Assembly: GCA_050273025.1 (NCBI GenBank)
Contig: CP158635.1
Coordinates: 28,272,001 to 28,336,000 of the forward strand
DNA: 64,000 nucleotides
From: Cenococcum geophilum
Taxonomy: Eukaryota
Direction: 5' to 3'
Position 1 is the stretch's first letter. Each line of letters opens with the position of its first letter. Shown here piece after piece: positions 12,465-24,828 of the stretch. The notes beneath the pieces were generated by a model, which made no database searches, was not told where the DNA came from, and was given only the letters and a program-made list of their open reading frames with translations. Made by a program: the position numbers and the translations under genes.

Positions 12465-12678
12465 CTCAGACGTGATTCCAGTGGTTTCGCATAAACGTAG
12501 TTAGTTAGCTTGCGGACCAATTGAAAATCCGCACCAATGGAATCACGTCTAAGCTTGCTAAGGTAAGTCTAACCTTACCTTAGCAAGCTTAGACGTTGTC
12601 TCGTTCCCAGACCTTCTTGCCAAGCCTTACTTTGCCAAGACGCTAACCGCTTTTGGCAAGATCTTCGTAAGAAGGTCT
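12465..12678. repeat. Right cluster of inverted repeats/stem-loops, same motif family as 4228-4418
   Basis: IRs 12465-12485/12533-12553 (21 bp, 2 mismatches), 12545-12567/12574-12596 (23 bp perfect, 6-nt loop), 12609-12618/12669-12678 (10 bp). Confidence 0.85.
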
Positions 12679-13076
12679 AGTACACGGTTCGGATTTTTAT
12701 TGACCCGAGGTACGAGTGGTCTATCCTTTTAGGTTCGAATTTTCAAACCCTCGCCAAGCCGGCTTCTGATTGGTTAGACAAAAAAGAGCGCGCGGTAAGT
12801 TGTGGCAGAATCCACGTGACGAATATCAAAATATCGCAAACGTTAAAATATTCCAGTATTCCTTTCTGTTGACACCTTAATTAACACTACTATATATTAT
12901 AAACGTGGCGGAGCCTACTGCAATTAAGTGTATTAAGTGCCATATCTATAACCCCCGCATTAACTTTGTTAAAGACGGCCCGTTAAAGAAGCTTTTAAAG
13001 CTATACCAGCTATTTTAGTCAAAGGCACGTTTTCCCTATATATTACTTTTACTTTTACTTACTTTTCTAGAACTCT

Positions 13077-13803
13077 ATATCTAGTTTAAAAAAGCGGAAG
13101 GCTTTTATAGGGCTAGGTTCTACTACTAAGAATTATTCTATAAGGCGCTAGTGAACTACTTAACCTAAAAACGACCCCGAGAACGCCTTCCTGCCTTACG
13201 GCCAGAATAGCCAAGATACCCCTAAAATAGCTTAACAGCGGAAGATAATTAGGGCAATATAACGGGAGTACCGTATTCTTAATTGGCGGGGTAAAGCTTA
13301 CTTGCCTACTCCTCCATTATATATTATAGATAAAGCTCCATATAGTAGAAGAAGCACTTTAGATGACCTAAATACGTCCTTATCGGAACTAGCTCTTATA
13401 CCTACTTAAGCGCTAATACCACCTTTCTTATAATAAGTTCCGACTATAGCTATATTACTACCTATTTCGGCTGTTAATTAGGAGCGAATTAAGAAGTTTA
13501 AGAGTATACTATAGGCTAAATATATAGAGACGTGCAGTTATTATAAGGAGTAATAGTTCTAAATAGGCCTAGCTATGGAGGGTAATAGTATAGGTATATG
13601 TAAAGCCTGCATTAAGGATGCTAATAGCCTTAAAGATCTAACCATTCCTCCCCTATTTAGTAAAAGTAATAGTGACTCTTAATCTGGGGCCTATTCCTAG
13701 CTTTCTACCTATACTTACCGCGGTAAAAGAGCTTCTAATTACACGCGTATACATTTATCTGCAAGTTGTGCGTATACGCGGCCAGTAATATTGCTATACT
13801 AGG
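13077..13803 (+). mobile_element. Helitron Rep/helicase N-terminal relic (Cys cluster plus DUF6570-like region), RIP-degraded and 3'-truncated
   Basis: Raw translation includes ETCSYYKE**F*IGL...ICKACIKD and NLGPIPSFLPILTAVKELLITRVYIYLQVVRIRGQ*YCYT, which reverts to METCSRCKERWFQMGL...CKAC and DPGPIPSFLP.LTAVEELLIARVHVHLQVVRVRGQQYRYTG, typical of fungal Helitron proteins; one frameshift near 13680; stops abruptly at 13803. Confidence 0.8.
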
Positions 13804-14569
13804 TGAGCATGAGAGTGAGAGTGGTGAGAATGGTGAGAAGTGAGCTTGGTGTACTGAAAGATGAATAAATAGGTACATTTATTCTTATAGTCAGCGGCAG
13901 TAGTGGCCAAGGTTTGGGCGATGGTTACATCAACCTGAGATGGTACAAACTATGCTCGAGCCATCAATTTCATACTGTGGTTGTCCATCAACAATCCTGT
14001 CGAGCACCCCCTCAGTCATCATCTCCACTTAAGGCCTTCGATTTTAATATCACTGGTTGCACCTCCAAGTCAGCCGAAATAGGTAGTCCACGCTCAGCCG
14101 TAGTTCCGCCTTACCTAGCATCACGGCATTGAATCTCTCGTTCCCTTGTCATCATCCTACGCAACAACCTTCTACTCCAAAGAAGATCATGCCTTCGACA
14201 GATCAAATGGGTCCGTCGTATCTAACCTACTAGTTATCAGGAACGGATACGATCAATGCCGTCATAGTGGCTTGGGAAGTCCAGCTCGGAGCAAGCGTCT
14301 TAATAATGCCTGGTTGGGGACAGGTGAACAGCTTCATGAAAAACCATCGAAAATTTCGATATCGCTTACATGTCTAATCACTAAACTCCAAGCCACTTTT
14401 ACCTCAGCCAACATCAATTGTAATCTCTATATCACAGTTCTCGAAACGCCACCTTATGCATTCAATCACGAGATCTTACTCGTCTTGGAGGAATCCCAAC
14501 AACAAGGGTCGAGTTCGCTGACTACTAAAGGATAGCTGATGCACTCCGAAGATCTACAAGTATGCAGAT

Positions 14570-15290
14570 AGGGTGGTAACGAACAACTCCTGCGTGCGCA
14601 CTCGCGGAGGTAGTCTACGACAAGCTTTTCGTGTGAAAAATACCTCTACGGATTCAGTACGAACGTAGCTACGAACATGTATACAATGGTTTACACAGCC
14701 ACGTCGACCGATGTCGCCACTACTTCTATAAATCAATACACAGGCACAGAAACCGAGTACGTCGTAGGCAAGAGAGCAGCCTCGACAGGCCAAAACGCTC
14801 TCTTATCTAGCCTAGGCAAGCTAGTCTCACCCATTATCAGCACAGTGTGCCCATCGCTCCCTGCGCCACCATTCACTTTATCGCAACGTCTATCATCACA
14901 GATGCTATCCCCAAGACTGAATCGATCGCAACCACCACTACCACTACTACTGTACCCTCGGCGATGACGACGACGACCCCGACAGTTGGTGCCGTAGAGA
15001 TGGTGGCCATCGTATCAGGATACACGCTTGTGTATGGGCCGGTCGACGGCTGCGTCTACGCGCCGCACGGCCAAGCGGAAACCCTCTACGGAGGGTTCGG
15101 AGATGCGGCCGCAGAGAATTGTGAAAAGGTAATATGACGGTAAGCTCGCAGCCCCTCAAGTCCCCCCTCGAAGCATACTAGCTTACAGCTGATGAGCCAT
15201 TCCAGTGTTCGTAACTGCCTACGGCTAGCCTTGTGCTTTCTTAGTGTTGCAGCGCATGACGGTAGTGGTACGGCCTGCACGCTCTAAGTT
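14570..15290 (+). pseudogene. Frameshifted relic of a secreted/cell-surface Ser/Thr-rich, Cys-containing protein
   Basis: Overlapping ORF pieces 14677-14967 and 14847-15137 join into LRAL...FCEKYL...Thr-rich...KR...ISTVC...TTTTTTT...GC...ENCEK; several 1-2 nt shifts; intron-like GTAAGC...ACAG 15140-15188; no intact start or signal peptide found. Confidence 0.45.
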
Positions 15291-16654
15291 TACCATGAGA
15301 GTTTGAACCGGTTCATTCCATTCCTACGACCGGCGGACTGATGTCTAGCGTTTCCTGCGGAGATGGCGAGGCGTTTAGCCAGAGCCAGGTGATTTTCAAT
15401 GGCCCACACCACAACACTACGTTCTATAAATTAGTGCTATGCCCCTTGAATGACTCACCTTCGCCTTGATATGGGACTGGTTGATGTCTTTTCCTTTAGT
15501 AAAACCACTTAGTAGTCGGAGGCAAAGAAGTGCATCTGACTCTGTTTTAGGTGATAGGATCTAGGCGTTTATTGAAGGTTCTGTGGTGGAGTTCTAGTAC
15601 CCGGTTTGAGGATACCGATCGAGTAAATTTGCGTAAATTAGCTTCCGGGATCGAACATATTAACCGGTGCTCTCAAAATCTAGTACTTGGAGGCAAGGGA
15701 TGCCTGAGCAACGCTTGATTCGCTGCTCGTGCTATGTAACCTTTTGGCAAGATTTAAGGCCTTTGGAGCAAAGCTGATTGAGTAGATCTGCGATTGAGAG
15801 CAAACAATTTTGCTTTTTTCAGCGGCACTTCACTGATTTCAGGGACTTTGTTCCCCTTAATACCCCAGGATTAGGGTCCCTTTCCTCAATTAAGCTGGGC
15901 GACGTTCCTCTCATTTACATGCATACTCGGGAGGATAGACTGAGGATATTACAGTGTGTCCAAGAGTCAGCGTCGCTAACAGCGTCGCTGCCAAGAGGCT
16001 GACAACGTAAGCAGTCAGCGAGCTATAAGACTCCAGCTAGCTAACAGCTTACTACCTTAGTAGCAAGATTTAGTAGTAAGTTAAAGCTTTTAGTAGAAGT
16101 TAAGGATATTTAAATCTTCGACTAAGATTATACGTTAGGTAATAAGAAACCTATAGGAATCTCTTACTTAGCTATAGTAAATAAAGTATTTTTCCTAGTA
16201 TCTTTGTTGCGCACTATAAACCTATTCTTCTATCCCTTAATATAGTAATTTTAGTCCTTAGGTTATTAATAAATTAACTAACTAAAAAAGCTAGGTTAAT
16301 ATAAATATTTAATTAAATCTAGTCGCGAATATAAGTAACCTTAGTAAAGAACCCTATTATATTAAGGGACAATAAAATTTACTATTTTATTACCTATATA
16401 AAATATAAAATATAAAATATTTTACGCGTTAGCTAGATAGTAAAATTTCTTTCTTATTAAATTTATAATCTAAGCATTAATGTACTTATATACGTTTTAT
16501 TACTCCTTATAGACGTTTAGTATCTTATCTAATTTATTATAAGGTCTTATATTTAATTTAAGGCTAAGTACCTTAAGGGCAAACTTACCCTAGCTCTTAA
16601 AGAGCTTAAACGTTCTTATATTACTAAGTAAAGGACCCTTTAAGCCTAGATAAC

Positions 16655-17500
16655 TAGTGGTCTTAAGAATATTTTTATTTATTCATTCATAACGAATAAT
16701 ATGCATTGAATATTTTTTTCCCTTATAAATTGAATTATTTATAAGCTTATGAATATATATATAGCTTTTGTAAATATTAAGGTAGATTATATAGTATCAA
16801 TGCTACGCCGGTCGTTCCTAAAAATACATAGGAACTCAATATTTTGGATTCCTGCGTAGATACCCCCATCGTTTTCAAAGTTCTACTTAACCCCCCCCCA
16901 ACACCACCAGTATCGCAATACTATAGCTCCCCTATAGTCAGAGTCTATCACATATAGTTATGGCAGTAGTTCTAGTACTTAATCTGAACTATCTAAGCTT
17001 AACAGCAACCAATTTGATGACGCTGATACCGACGAAGACTATAACGCGTTATCCTCTAACTAATCCTCCGGTTCTCTCCCACCTAGCTTAAAAAAATAAA
17101 AGATTCGCGCAATAAATACTTGGTCCTATGCACGGGAGCCTCGTAAGGGCAAGCTAGTTAAGAATAAGAACGGCAGGCGATATTAGTACTGTGCTGAGTG
17201 TATATCCTAGCAAGAGGTAATTACTACCAATATTTGTACGCATCTACATAAGAAGCACGGTATTACCGTTAAGGAGCAGGGCTTAGTAATTAAGAAAGTT
17301 ATAAAGCAGAGACTTAAGGGCCTATTTTAAAAGCAAGGTGAACCCCAAGTTTAAAAGGTTAAGGAGCAGAAGGAACGTATACTGAGGGAGTTTATTAATT
17401 AACCAGTTATTCGAGAGGCTTTAGCGCAGTTAATCGTCGTTCAAAATCTACCGTATAAGGTAGTAACTTGGCCAGAGCTTCGAGCGCTTCTTCTGGCAGT
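16655..17500 (+). mobile_element. hAT-family DNA transposon 5' fragment (BED zinc finger transposase), RIP-degraded
   Basis: NTWSYAREPRKG...*YCAEC...TTNICTHLHKKHGI (CxxC...HxxxxH BED finger, ~17115-17265) then REALAQLIVVQNLPYKVVTWPELRALL; candidate left end TAGTGGTC (ex-CAGTGGTC) at 16655 followed by ATTC/GAAT-rich subterminal repeats (left boundary tentative). Confidence 0.8.
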
Positions 17501-19605
17501 ACTCGCTGCTAGTAACGGCAGGTCCTCTACTATGTTTATAATTGGTATCTCTACGTCCAGAAGGTCTATACGGGTACTCGCTACTAGTAATAACAGGTCC
17601 TCTATTATATTCACGACCGGCGTAAAGAAGAAGTCTTCTAGCTATAGTAAATAGACTATTTTATTAGCCTTGGTGTTTGCTAGGAAAGCGTTAAGGGTAA
17701 CTATTTAGAGGCGTTTAGGGTCTAAAGTACTTTAGATAAACTATCTAGAATAGAAGCTAATTAATAGATCTACTTCCGCAAGCCAATCCTATCTAAAAAC
17801 TATATTATAATTATTAAATAAGCCGCCCTAAAAGGTCTGCAGGCTAATAGTGCGAGAGGTACCCTAGGAGTCGCTAGTAGTAACTATTAGATTATAAGCA
17901 TTCTAGATTATTATCTAGTTACTATTAAAAAAACGTGTAATAGGTTTATATAAATATAGCGTATAGCGTATAGCGTATAGCGTATAGGTAGGTTAAACCT
18001 ATAGACGACGTCTTAATTAATAATGTTAATTTGGTACTTATTATTATATAAAGTATATAGGCGGACTTTACCCTAGGGCGTATTTATCGCAATATATACT
18101 ATAATACGTTTCTTCTCTCCCTTTATATTGGGCCCTAGTTATAGTTAAGAGAGATACGCTACTAGGGCTTTAAGTTTTCTAAAGGCTAAGCTAACTTCTC
18201 TTTATTAGTCTACTTCTAGTATTCCTTATAGTAGCCGCCTACGGTCCTTTAACTTGCGTGCGTAGCGCTAGCGTTTAGGGGGTCCCCTAAGCCGTCTAGC
18301 TTTTAGGTAGTCTCCCTAGGAGTTTACTTAAAGCGTTGCCCTTTTTAGGTTCTATTCCCTAAACCTAACTCTATAAAGCCTGTACTGCGACCGCGCTTTA
18401 TATATAATAATTTACTACTACTACTTACGCAATCTTCCGCGAGCTTTATAGTATTAAGTAATTACTCTATATAGCGGATTTTATCAAAAAGGTCCTTAGC
18501 GGTTCTTACCCGTTAGGCGAAGTTCTGTTAGAAGAGCTCTGCTTATAGGTAGGCTAGAAGGCTTAAGAACTAAAAGTCTACCTATTATTTAGGATTAATA
18601 AAAGAGGTATATAAGAAGAGGTCCTCTAAGCTATATATACGGGCTAGGAAGATATTAAACCTCTAGTTCTCCTTTATAATAGCTATATAGTATATTATAG
18701 CATTATTAAAGCGTCTTACTATAGGGTTCCTAATCTAGTCTTAGACTATAGTTTTAAACTTATCCTATAGTAAAGGACCCTTACCCTTAATACCTAACTA
18801 GTAATAAACTAGTTAGGTAATTGTCTTTTCTTTTATAAAACCTTTAGTAGCCTAGCGCATGCGTCGCTTATAGTTATAGTTAGCGTTATTAACCTTAAAT
18901 TGGTTCTTAACTACGGCAATTTACCAGTTAAAATGCTGTTAAGTAGTACCGCTAATATTAGATAGTGACTTCTTAACTAGGATGTTAAGATTTATTTAGC
19001 GTATACGTTCGCTATATAACTTATACTCTTTACTAAAGAGGTAACGGGAGGGCTTTATTAAATCGATAATGCTTTATAAGTTAGCTATTTTCTTAGCTAG
19101 CTTATCTAGCTCCTTTATATTAACGGTATTAGGTAAAACGCTTGTAACCTTACTAAGCTCCTATTAAGCTTAGGTATATAAGTTAAACTAGTCTCTAGTA
19201 TTTATAAATGTCTAATTATTTTAAGGTTTAGAAGGTGGCTTAGATACTACTAATATGCTTCTAGCGGTTTTATCTACATTAGATCCTAAGGCGTTTTATA
19301 GTTATATTGCTAGTATATTACTATTAGGTGCAGGCGTTAGTTTTCTTTTTAGAGGTATTATAGAAAAATTAAACCAGCTATCCTCTTAAGGGGATTAGTA
19401 AGGATTTAAATATAAGGTAAGGATATGGATAGGGAGTCTAATAATAGAATAATAGGTATATTATATGGACGGGGACGGATCCTTAAGGGAAAAGGAGGAG
19501 TCTATGTGCGAAGTAGGAAGGGTTTTCCCTAGGTATATATAGCGCATATACTTTACGGGCGAGTCACCCCTAGGTTGCCCTAGGGTCGCCCGTACCTTGC
19601 GGCTA
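17499..19605 (-). mobile_element. Ty3/Gypsy element D, 5' part (partial 5' LTR 19411-19605, gag, protease), truncated before RT
   Basis: Minus strand: LTR-like end ...CCTTATA at 19411, gag-like region, protease-like Y(D)IVF..DWLAEVD ~17760-17810; 75-bp period repeat at 17499/17574. Confidence 0.6.
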
Positions 19606-20858
19606 TATAACTATTTACTTAGGTTTTACCTAATAAAGAAAAAGAAGAAGAAGAAGAAGAAGGGGAAGGCCCTTAGGGGTTAACGCAAATATAAAGGGGT
19701 CGCTAAGGCGCTAGTAGTAAACGAGCCAATAGCGATTTTCCATCCTGGGGATAGAAAATCCTAATTAGTTAGTAGACGTTAGGGTTGGTAGAATATGGCA
19801 GAAGCATAGTAGAATTTGGTAGGTAACGCGCCCTAGCACCGTTATATTACCCCTCCTTTTTTTTTTAAAAAAAAACCTGCCTTTAGGCGTTATCTAAGCT
19901 CCTTATTATTATCTAAGTTGTTATAGTTATCTACTCCTTCTTCCTAGCATTTAATTTAGTTTTTTTAATTTACGTAGTAGTCTAGGGAGGTTTAGGTAGG
20001 CTAGATAGAAATCCTATAGCTTATAGGGGGAGTACTTAAAATTAGATATAAGATACTATTCTAAGTCGTTATTATAGCCTACCTAGCTTATATAGTATTT
20101 TAAGACATTATAGACCTCCTTAACTACTAGGATTTCTTTAACTTCCTATTTCTTATCCTCCGCAATCTAGATTAGTAGTAGGGGGTTATTATACTACCTA
20201 AGTAATAGGTCGTCTATAGCCCATTATAGTTAGTCTAAGGAAAAGATAGGGTAGATCTTTATTAACTCTAGTAGCTTAACCCTAAAAGAATGCCCTTTTT
20301 TATATAAAGAATTCTATATAGGCTGGCTATTTAGTAGTCTATCTTATAGCTCGGCCTTTAAGTTTTTTAGTTTCTTATTAATACCTATATCTTATCTCCT
20401 ACTTAGAAGTCTATTTTATAATAATATTAGTTTATATTAGATTTCTTCTTCTCTTACGCCTTTTTTATAATTGCTTAAGCAGTCTCCTAGGCTTTATATA
20501 TTTTCTTTATAAATATCTAGGCTTCTTTATAGATAAGGCATTTATAGGTCGTAATAGGTTTAGTAGGTCTATTCTAATTAAAGGACATTTATAGCGTATA
20601 TCCGTAGAGTAGTTTAAATAGTAATATACCTATACTGTTATAGAGGAGTATAAGCTACGCGTAGTCTATTATAGGCAGTAATTCTAACTAGTTATCCTAA
20701 TAGTAGTCTATAAAGGGTTATAATCGCTAGTTAAGGTACTAGTTTATAATCTTAGTTTAGCTATTAGTCTAAAAGTAAAATATAATAGAAAATATATTTT
20801 TAATTTTAAAGATATAGTAAAATTTGTTTAAGAAATCTAATATAAACTAGGGGTTATA
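19606..20858 (-). mobile_element. Ty3/Gypsy chromovirus E, 3' part (integrase C-term, chromodomain, PPT, 3' LTR 19606-19846)
   Basis: Minus strand integrase motifs (QF.SDF, QTD.QT), chromodomain EILVVKEV..VLKY..S*VGY...*Y..SNFKYSP, PPT GGAGGGGTAA abutting an LTR whose start resembles the J LTR. Confidence 0.85.
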
Positions 20859-21880
20859 TATAAGGGGGCTTTATAAATAAGGGGCTATAAGAACACGATT
20901 ATAGAATAAAATAAATTAGTAAGAGAGATATATCCTTAAGAAGGTAAGGCCTTTAGGATTGTAGAGACTATATACTATAGGCATATACCTCTAATATATA
21001 ACTAGCAACTATTTAAGGGGTGTCTAGGGGTTGTCCTAAGGGCAACCTAAGGTAACTGCAATAATATCCCTTATATTGCCCCACCCCTTCTTATAGTTAG
21101 CCCCTAATTGCCATTACCTTATAGTGGAGGGAGATTATAAGGGCTTGTCTTAAAAGGGGTTCGAAGAGATATTAGTATACTACTATATATTATCTATCTA
21201 TTTAACCACTATATTAAACTCCTAAAAAACCTTAGTAAGGAAAAAATATAACGAGAGAAAAGATGTAAGGATTACTAAAAAACCTATTAAAGCCTACTAA
21301 AAACCTACTAGTAACTACCTAGGCTAACCTACTAATTTTTATATAACTTTATATTTAAGCCTTTATACTAGTCTATAATTAATCGCAACTATTATAGATA
21401 ATTTAGTCTTTCTAATATAGTTTTGTAGAACTGTTTAGTATATAGCTTAACGTATAGGGCCTTAGCTTACTATTGTCTTTAACTGTTAAGATATAATCTA
21501 GAATCGTTTTTTATAATCCTTTACGTCACTAACGTATTATTTTTATATTTATCCTTAGGCTATTAAATACGGTTAAGGTATTAATTAGTTAATTAAAAAA
21601 CTTATCTCCTAAAATTTAATATATATGCTTTTAAATTTAATAGTCCTATGCTATATATTTGGCGTAGCTTTACTATATAATAAATAGAAGGGACATTTTG
21701 TAATAGCACCTATAGCTATTATACGATTATTAAGAACGTCTATGACGTTGTTCTTTAATACTATAGCATCGTTTAAGGTATAATTTAACCTATATATATC
21801 TTTAATTAACGTTTTAATTACCTTCCCCTAGCCACATAATTAGTTTTTATAAGGAAGTAATAGCTAAATAGCTTATACAC
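20859..21880 (-). mobile_element. Ty3/Gypsy element F, 3' LTR (20859-21075), PPT and 3' region
   Basis: 217-bp unit with inverted termini TATAAGGG...CCCTTATA (ex TGTAAGGG...CCCTTACA); PPT GAAGGGGTGGGGCAA on minus strand at 21076-21090; interrupts the E integrase; link to 59468-64000 inferred. Confidence 0.7.
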
Positions 21881-24828
21881 TGTAACGGAACTAGCTCAGT
21901 TACAGTAGGAATGTCTCGGTAAAACACTCAATAGATGAATTCTAACGCTTTAACTAAATTCTACTAGATTAATTGAATTTTACTAAAGTCCATTAAAGAC
22001 CGCGTGCGTATATACGCACGCATTAACCACCAAGCCCCTAACTATTTAATTATATAATTCTCTTGTTATTCCTTTCTCTTCTTTATATAACGTCTTGTTT
22101 TTAGCGAGAGCTATATACCTTTAGATTTAGATAAAATTTATATTATTCCTTTAAATCTTCCCTAAAGTCTCTTTACGCCCTTATATTACGTTGCGTTAAA
22201 AATAACTACTATTAAAATAGCAAACGAACTTAAACCCCTTATGTTAACTATAAGCATTATAGCCCTAGTTAGGGAATAGTTAACTATAATATAACAGTCC
22301 TTTACGGATGCTTTGGCCTAATAGCGAGCGATATTAGAAGCTTAGTATTAGCAATTAATAGGAGCAATCTATAAAGAACTCCGTAACCTTAAAGCACTTA
22401 TATTAAAGACCCTAACAGCAATACCTATAAAAGAAATTAAAATAACTATATATAAACCCGACCTATTAAATATAAACCCTAAACTAATAATGGCAGCTTA
22501 ACCTATACCTATAATAAACCTAGTACCTATTACGAAATCTAAAAAGCTCCCTAACCCTTTAATATTTAATAGAAATTAAAATAACCTATGTCCCTTTATA
22601 ACTAAGCTCCATCTTAAACTTTTAATAAACTATAACTAATACCCTACTAAATCTAGCAAGATTAGCTATAAAATATCTTATTTAAGTAAAGACGCTATAT
22701 AAACTATAGACCTATTCTTCCGTAATAGCACCTTTATTAATGTTTAAATCTTTATCTCTCTATTAGAACGAATATATAATAATACTAGCCGTAAATACAC
22801 AGCTATTACTAAACTTAAAAACCTATAATAACGGAACTAAGACTTTATTAGCTTCTTTTTAGAATTTTTAGGCCTTATTAGTAAACTAGATTGGAATAAA
22901 GCCGCTAGAGTTACTGCTCTCCGTTAAGCTATTTTAGATAAAATTAGAGTATAGTTAGTAGGTAGAGAACTGCTAAAGGACTTACCGAAATTTACTATAA
23001 TATGTTAATAAATTAATAAGGACCTTTAATATAACAAACAGACTTATTCCCTAAAGCTAACTATACCCTATATTTAAAACTCTATAAACTAGTATATACC
23101 CTAAAATATAAACCGTCTTTAAGACCTAAAAGCTCTATATATAACCCTATAGACCTTAATACCACTTAATTTTATATACCCTTAAAACCCAATAAATAAA
23201 GAATATAAGCTATAAATAGAGAATGCTTTAGATGTAGTAAAACGGGATATATTTAAAGAAATTACTAAACTTACCCTTTTAAAAAGGTCTAATATAGTTC
23301 CTCTTAGTCCTTAAATTATACTTAGTTGCTATAAAGCATCTTACCTTTAGTTAATTCGGAAAACGAATTATTTTAGGGCTAAGTCGCGCCTTAGGATAAG
23401 AAGTGGAAGAGTATAAGTATTTAGGCTTTTCTAGCACTAATATATAACACAACTCCCTTAATATACTTAGTAAAATTTAAATATTTAGAAAATAGAAGAA
23501 AGTATAAATTCTTATAGATAGCAGAGCTACTAGTATAGGTTTTATTAATATAAACTACGCAAAAACTTAACGCTTAAATTTAAAGAAACTTAATAAGCCT
23601 TAAGGCCTATAAGGCTTTAATAGCAAGCCTTTAATATACAGCGAACTAACGTATTACGCTTTTATAAAGATATAGATAGGCAAATACCTTAAATATATTT
23701 CCCTATTTATAATACCCTTAAAGTATTATAAGGTAATACTTAGATATAGATAGCTAAAACAATATAACCCTTTAATTAGCTAGGTTAAAAAAATACTAAA
23801 ATTCCGTATAACCTACTGCTAAAGTTATTACTTAAAATACTACTTACCCTATAAATATACACACAACTATTTAAATTTAATATAATATAAATTACTTTTA
23901 CTATAAACCCTAAACTAATATAATAAAGTTATAACTGCTAATTACGGTAAAGAATGCGAAGATAATATGTTAAAACCCTTTAAAATTTATATAATACAAG
24001 CTGTACCCTTTTATTTATTAGCAAAAAAACGAGACTATAAGATCTTTACTATAACACTAAAAGATATTAAGAAGGCGTTAGAACTAAAGCAATATATTAA
24101 CCCCTAACCTCTTATACTTAAAGAATATTACAATCTAATTAATACGTTTAAGAAATAATTTATAAACTAACTACCCCTATATTAAGACAAGTATAATTTT
24201 AAAATAGAACTTAAACCTAGTATAATGCTAAAGTTTGGCCCGTTATACGGTATATTACAAGAAAAGCTACTTATAATATAATAATACCTTAAAGAGCACC
24301 TAGAGAAAGGATTTGTTTGCCCTAGTTAATTACTATTTACCTTACCTGTACTATTTATTAAAAAGCCTAAAAAAGGCTTAAGGTTCTATATTAATTATTA
24401 AGCCCTAAATATAAATATAATTTAAAACTAATATCTAATTCCTCTACTTTAAGAAATGCTTAACTACTTAGTAAAAGTATAATACTTTATAAAGCTTAAT
24501 ATAGTTACTACCTGTCGGTATCACCTGGGGGGTACTGTAATTGCAATAAGTAGTTCTAGTTCTTTATTCGTGTTCTATCGTCGTCTACTAAAAGAGAAAG
24601 AAAGGGGTAGTAAAGGCCGGGCTATCTATCGGGCCGTAGGCAGTTAGGTGACCTACGCTACGTATATAGCCCCTACCGCATACGCTCTGCGCGTAATGCA
24701 ATTTACAACCTCTAGTTATACAGACACTGGCGACATTTACAAAAAGGAAAGAAGGTAAGAAAGTATAAAGGAAAAGTATATAGGTCAATAGGTGCTTAGG
24801 GTAGTAATCGCGGATGTTTTGGGTATTG

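Noticed and set aside
17956..17986. (ATAGCGT)4 tract, also (GAA)n at ~19644 and (ATAAAAT)n at ~16398
   Set aside because: Simple slippage repeats within TE relics
19411..20858. Tandem elements sharing one LTR at 19606-19846
   Set aside because: Sequence left of 19606 is itself a different LTR-like segment ending at 19411, so nested insertion of E into D fits better
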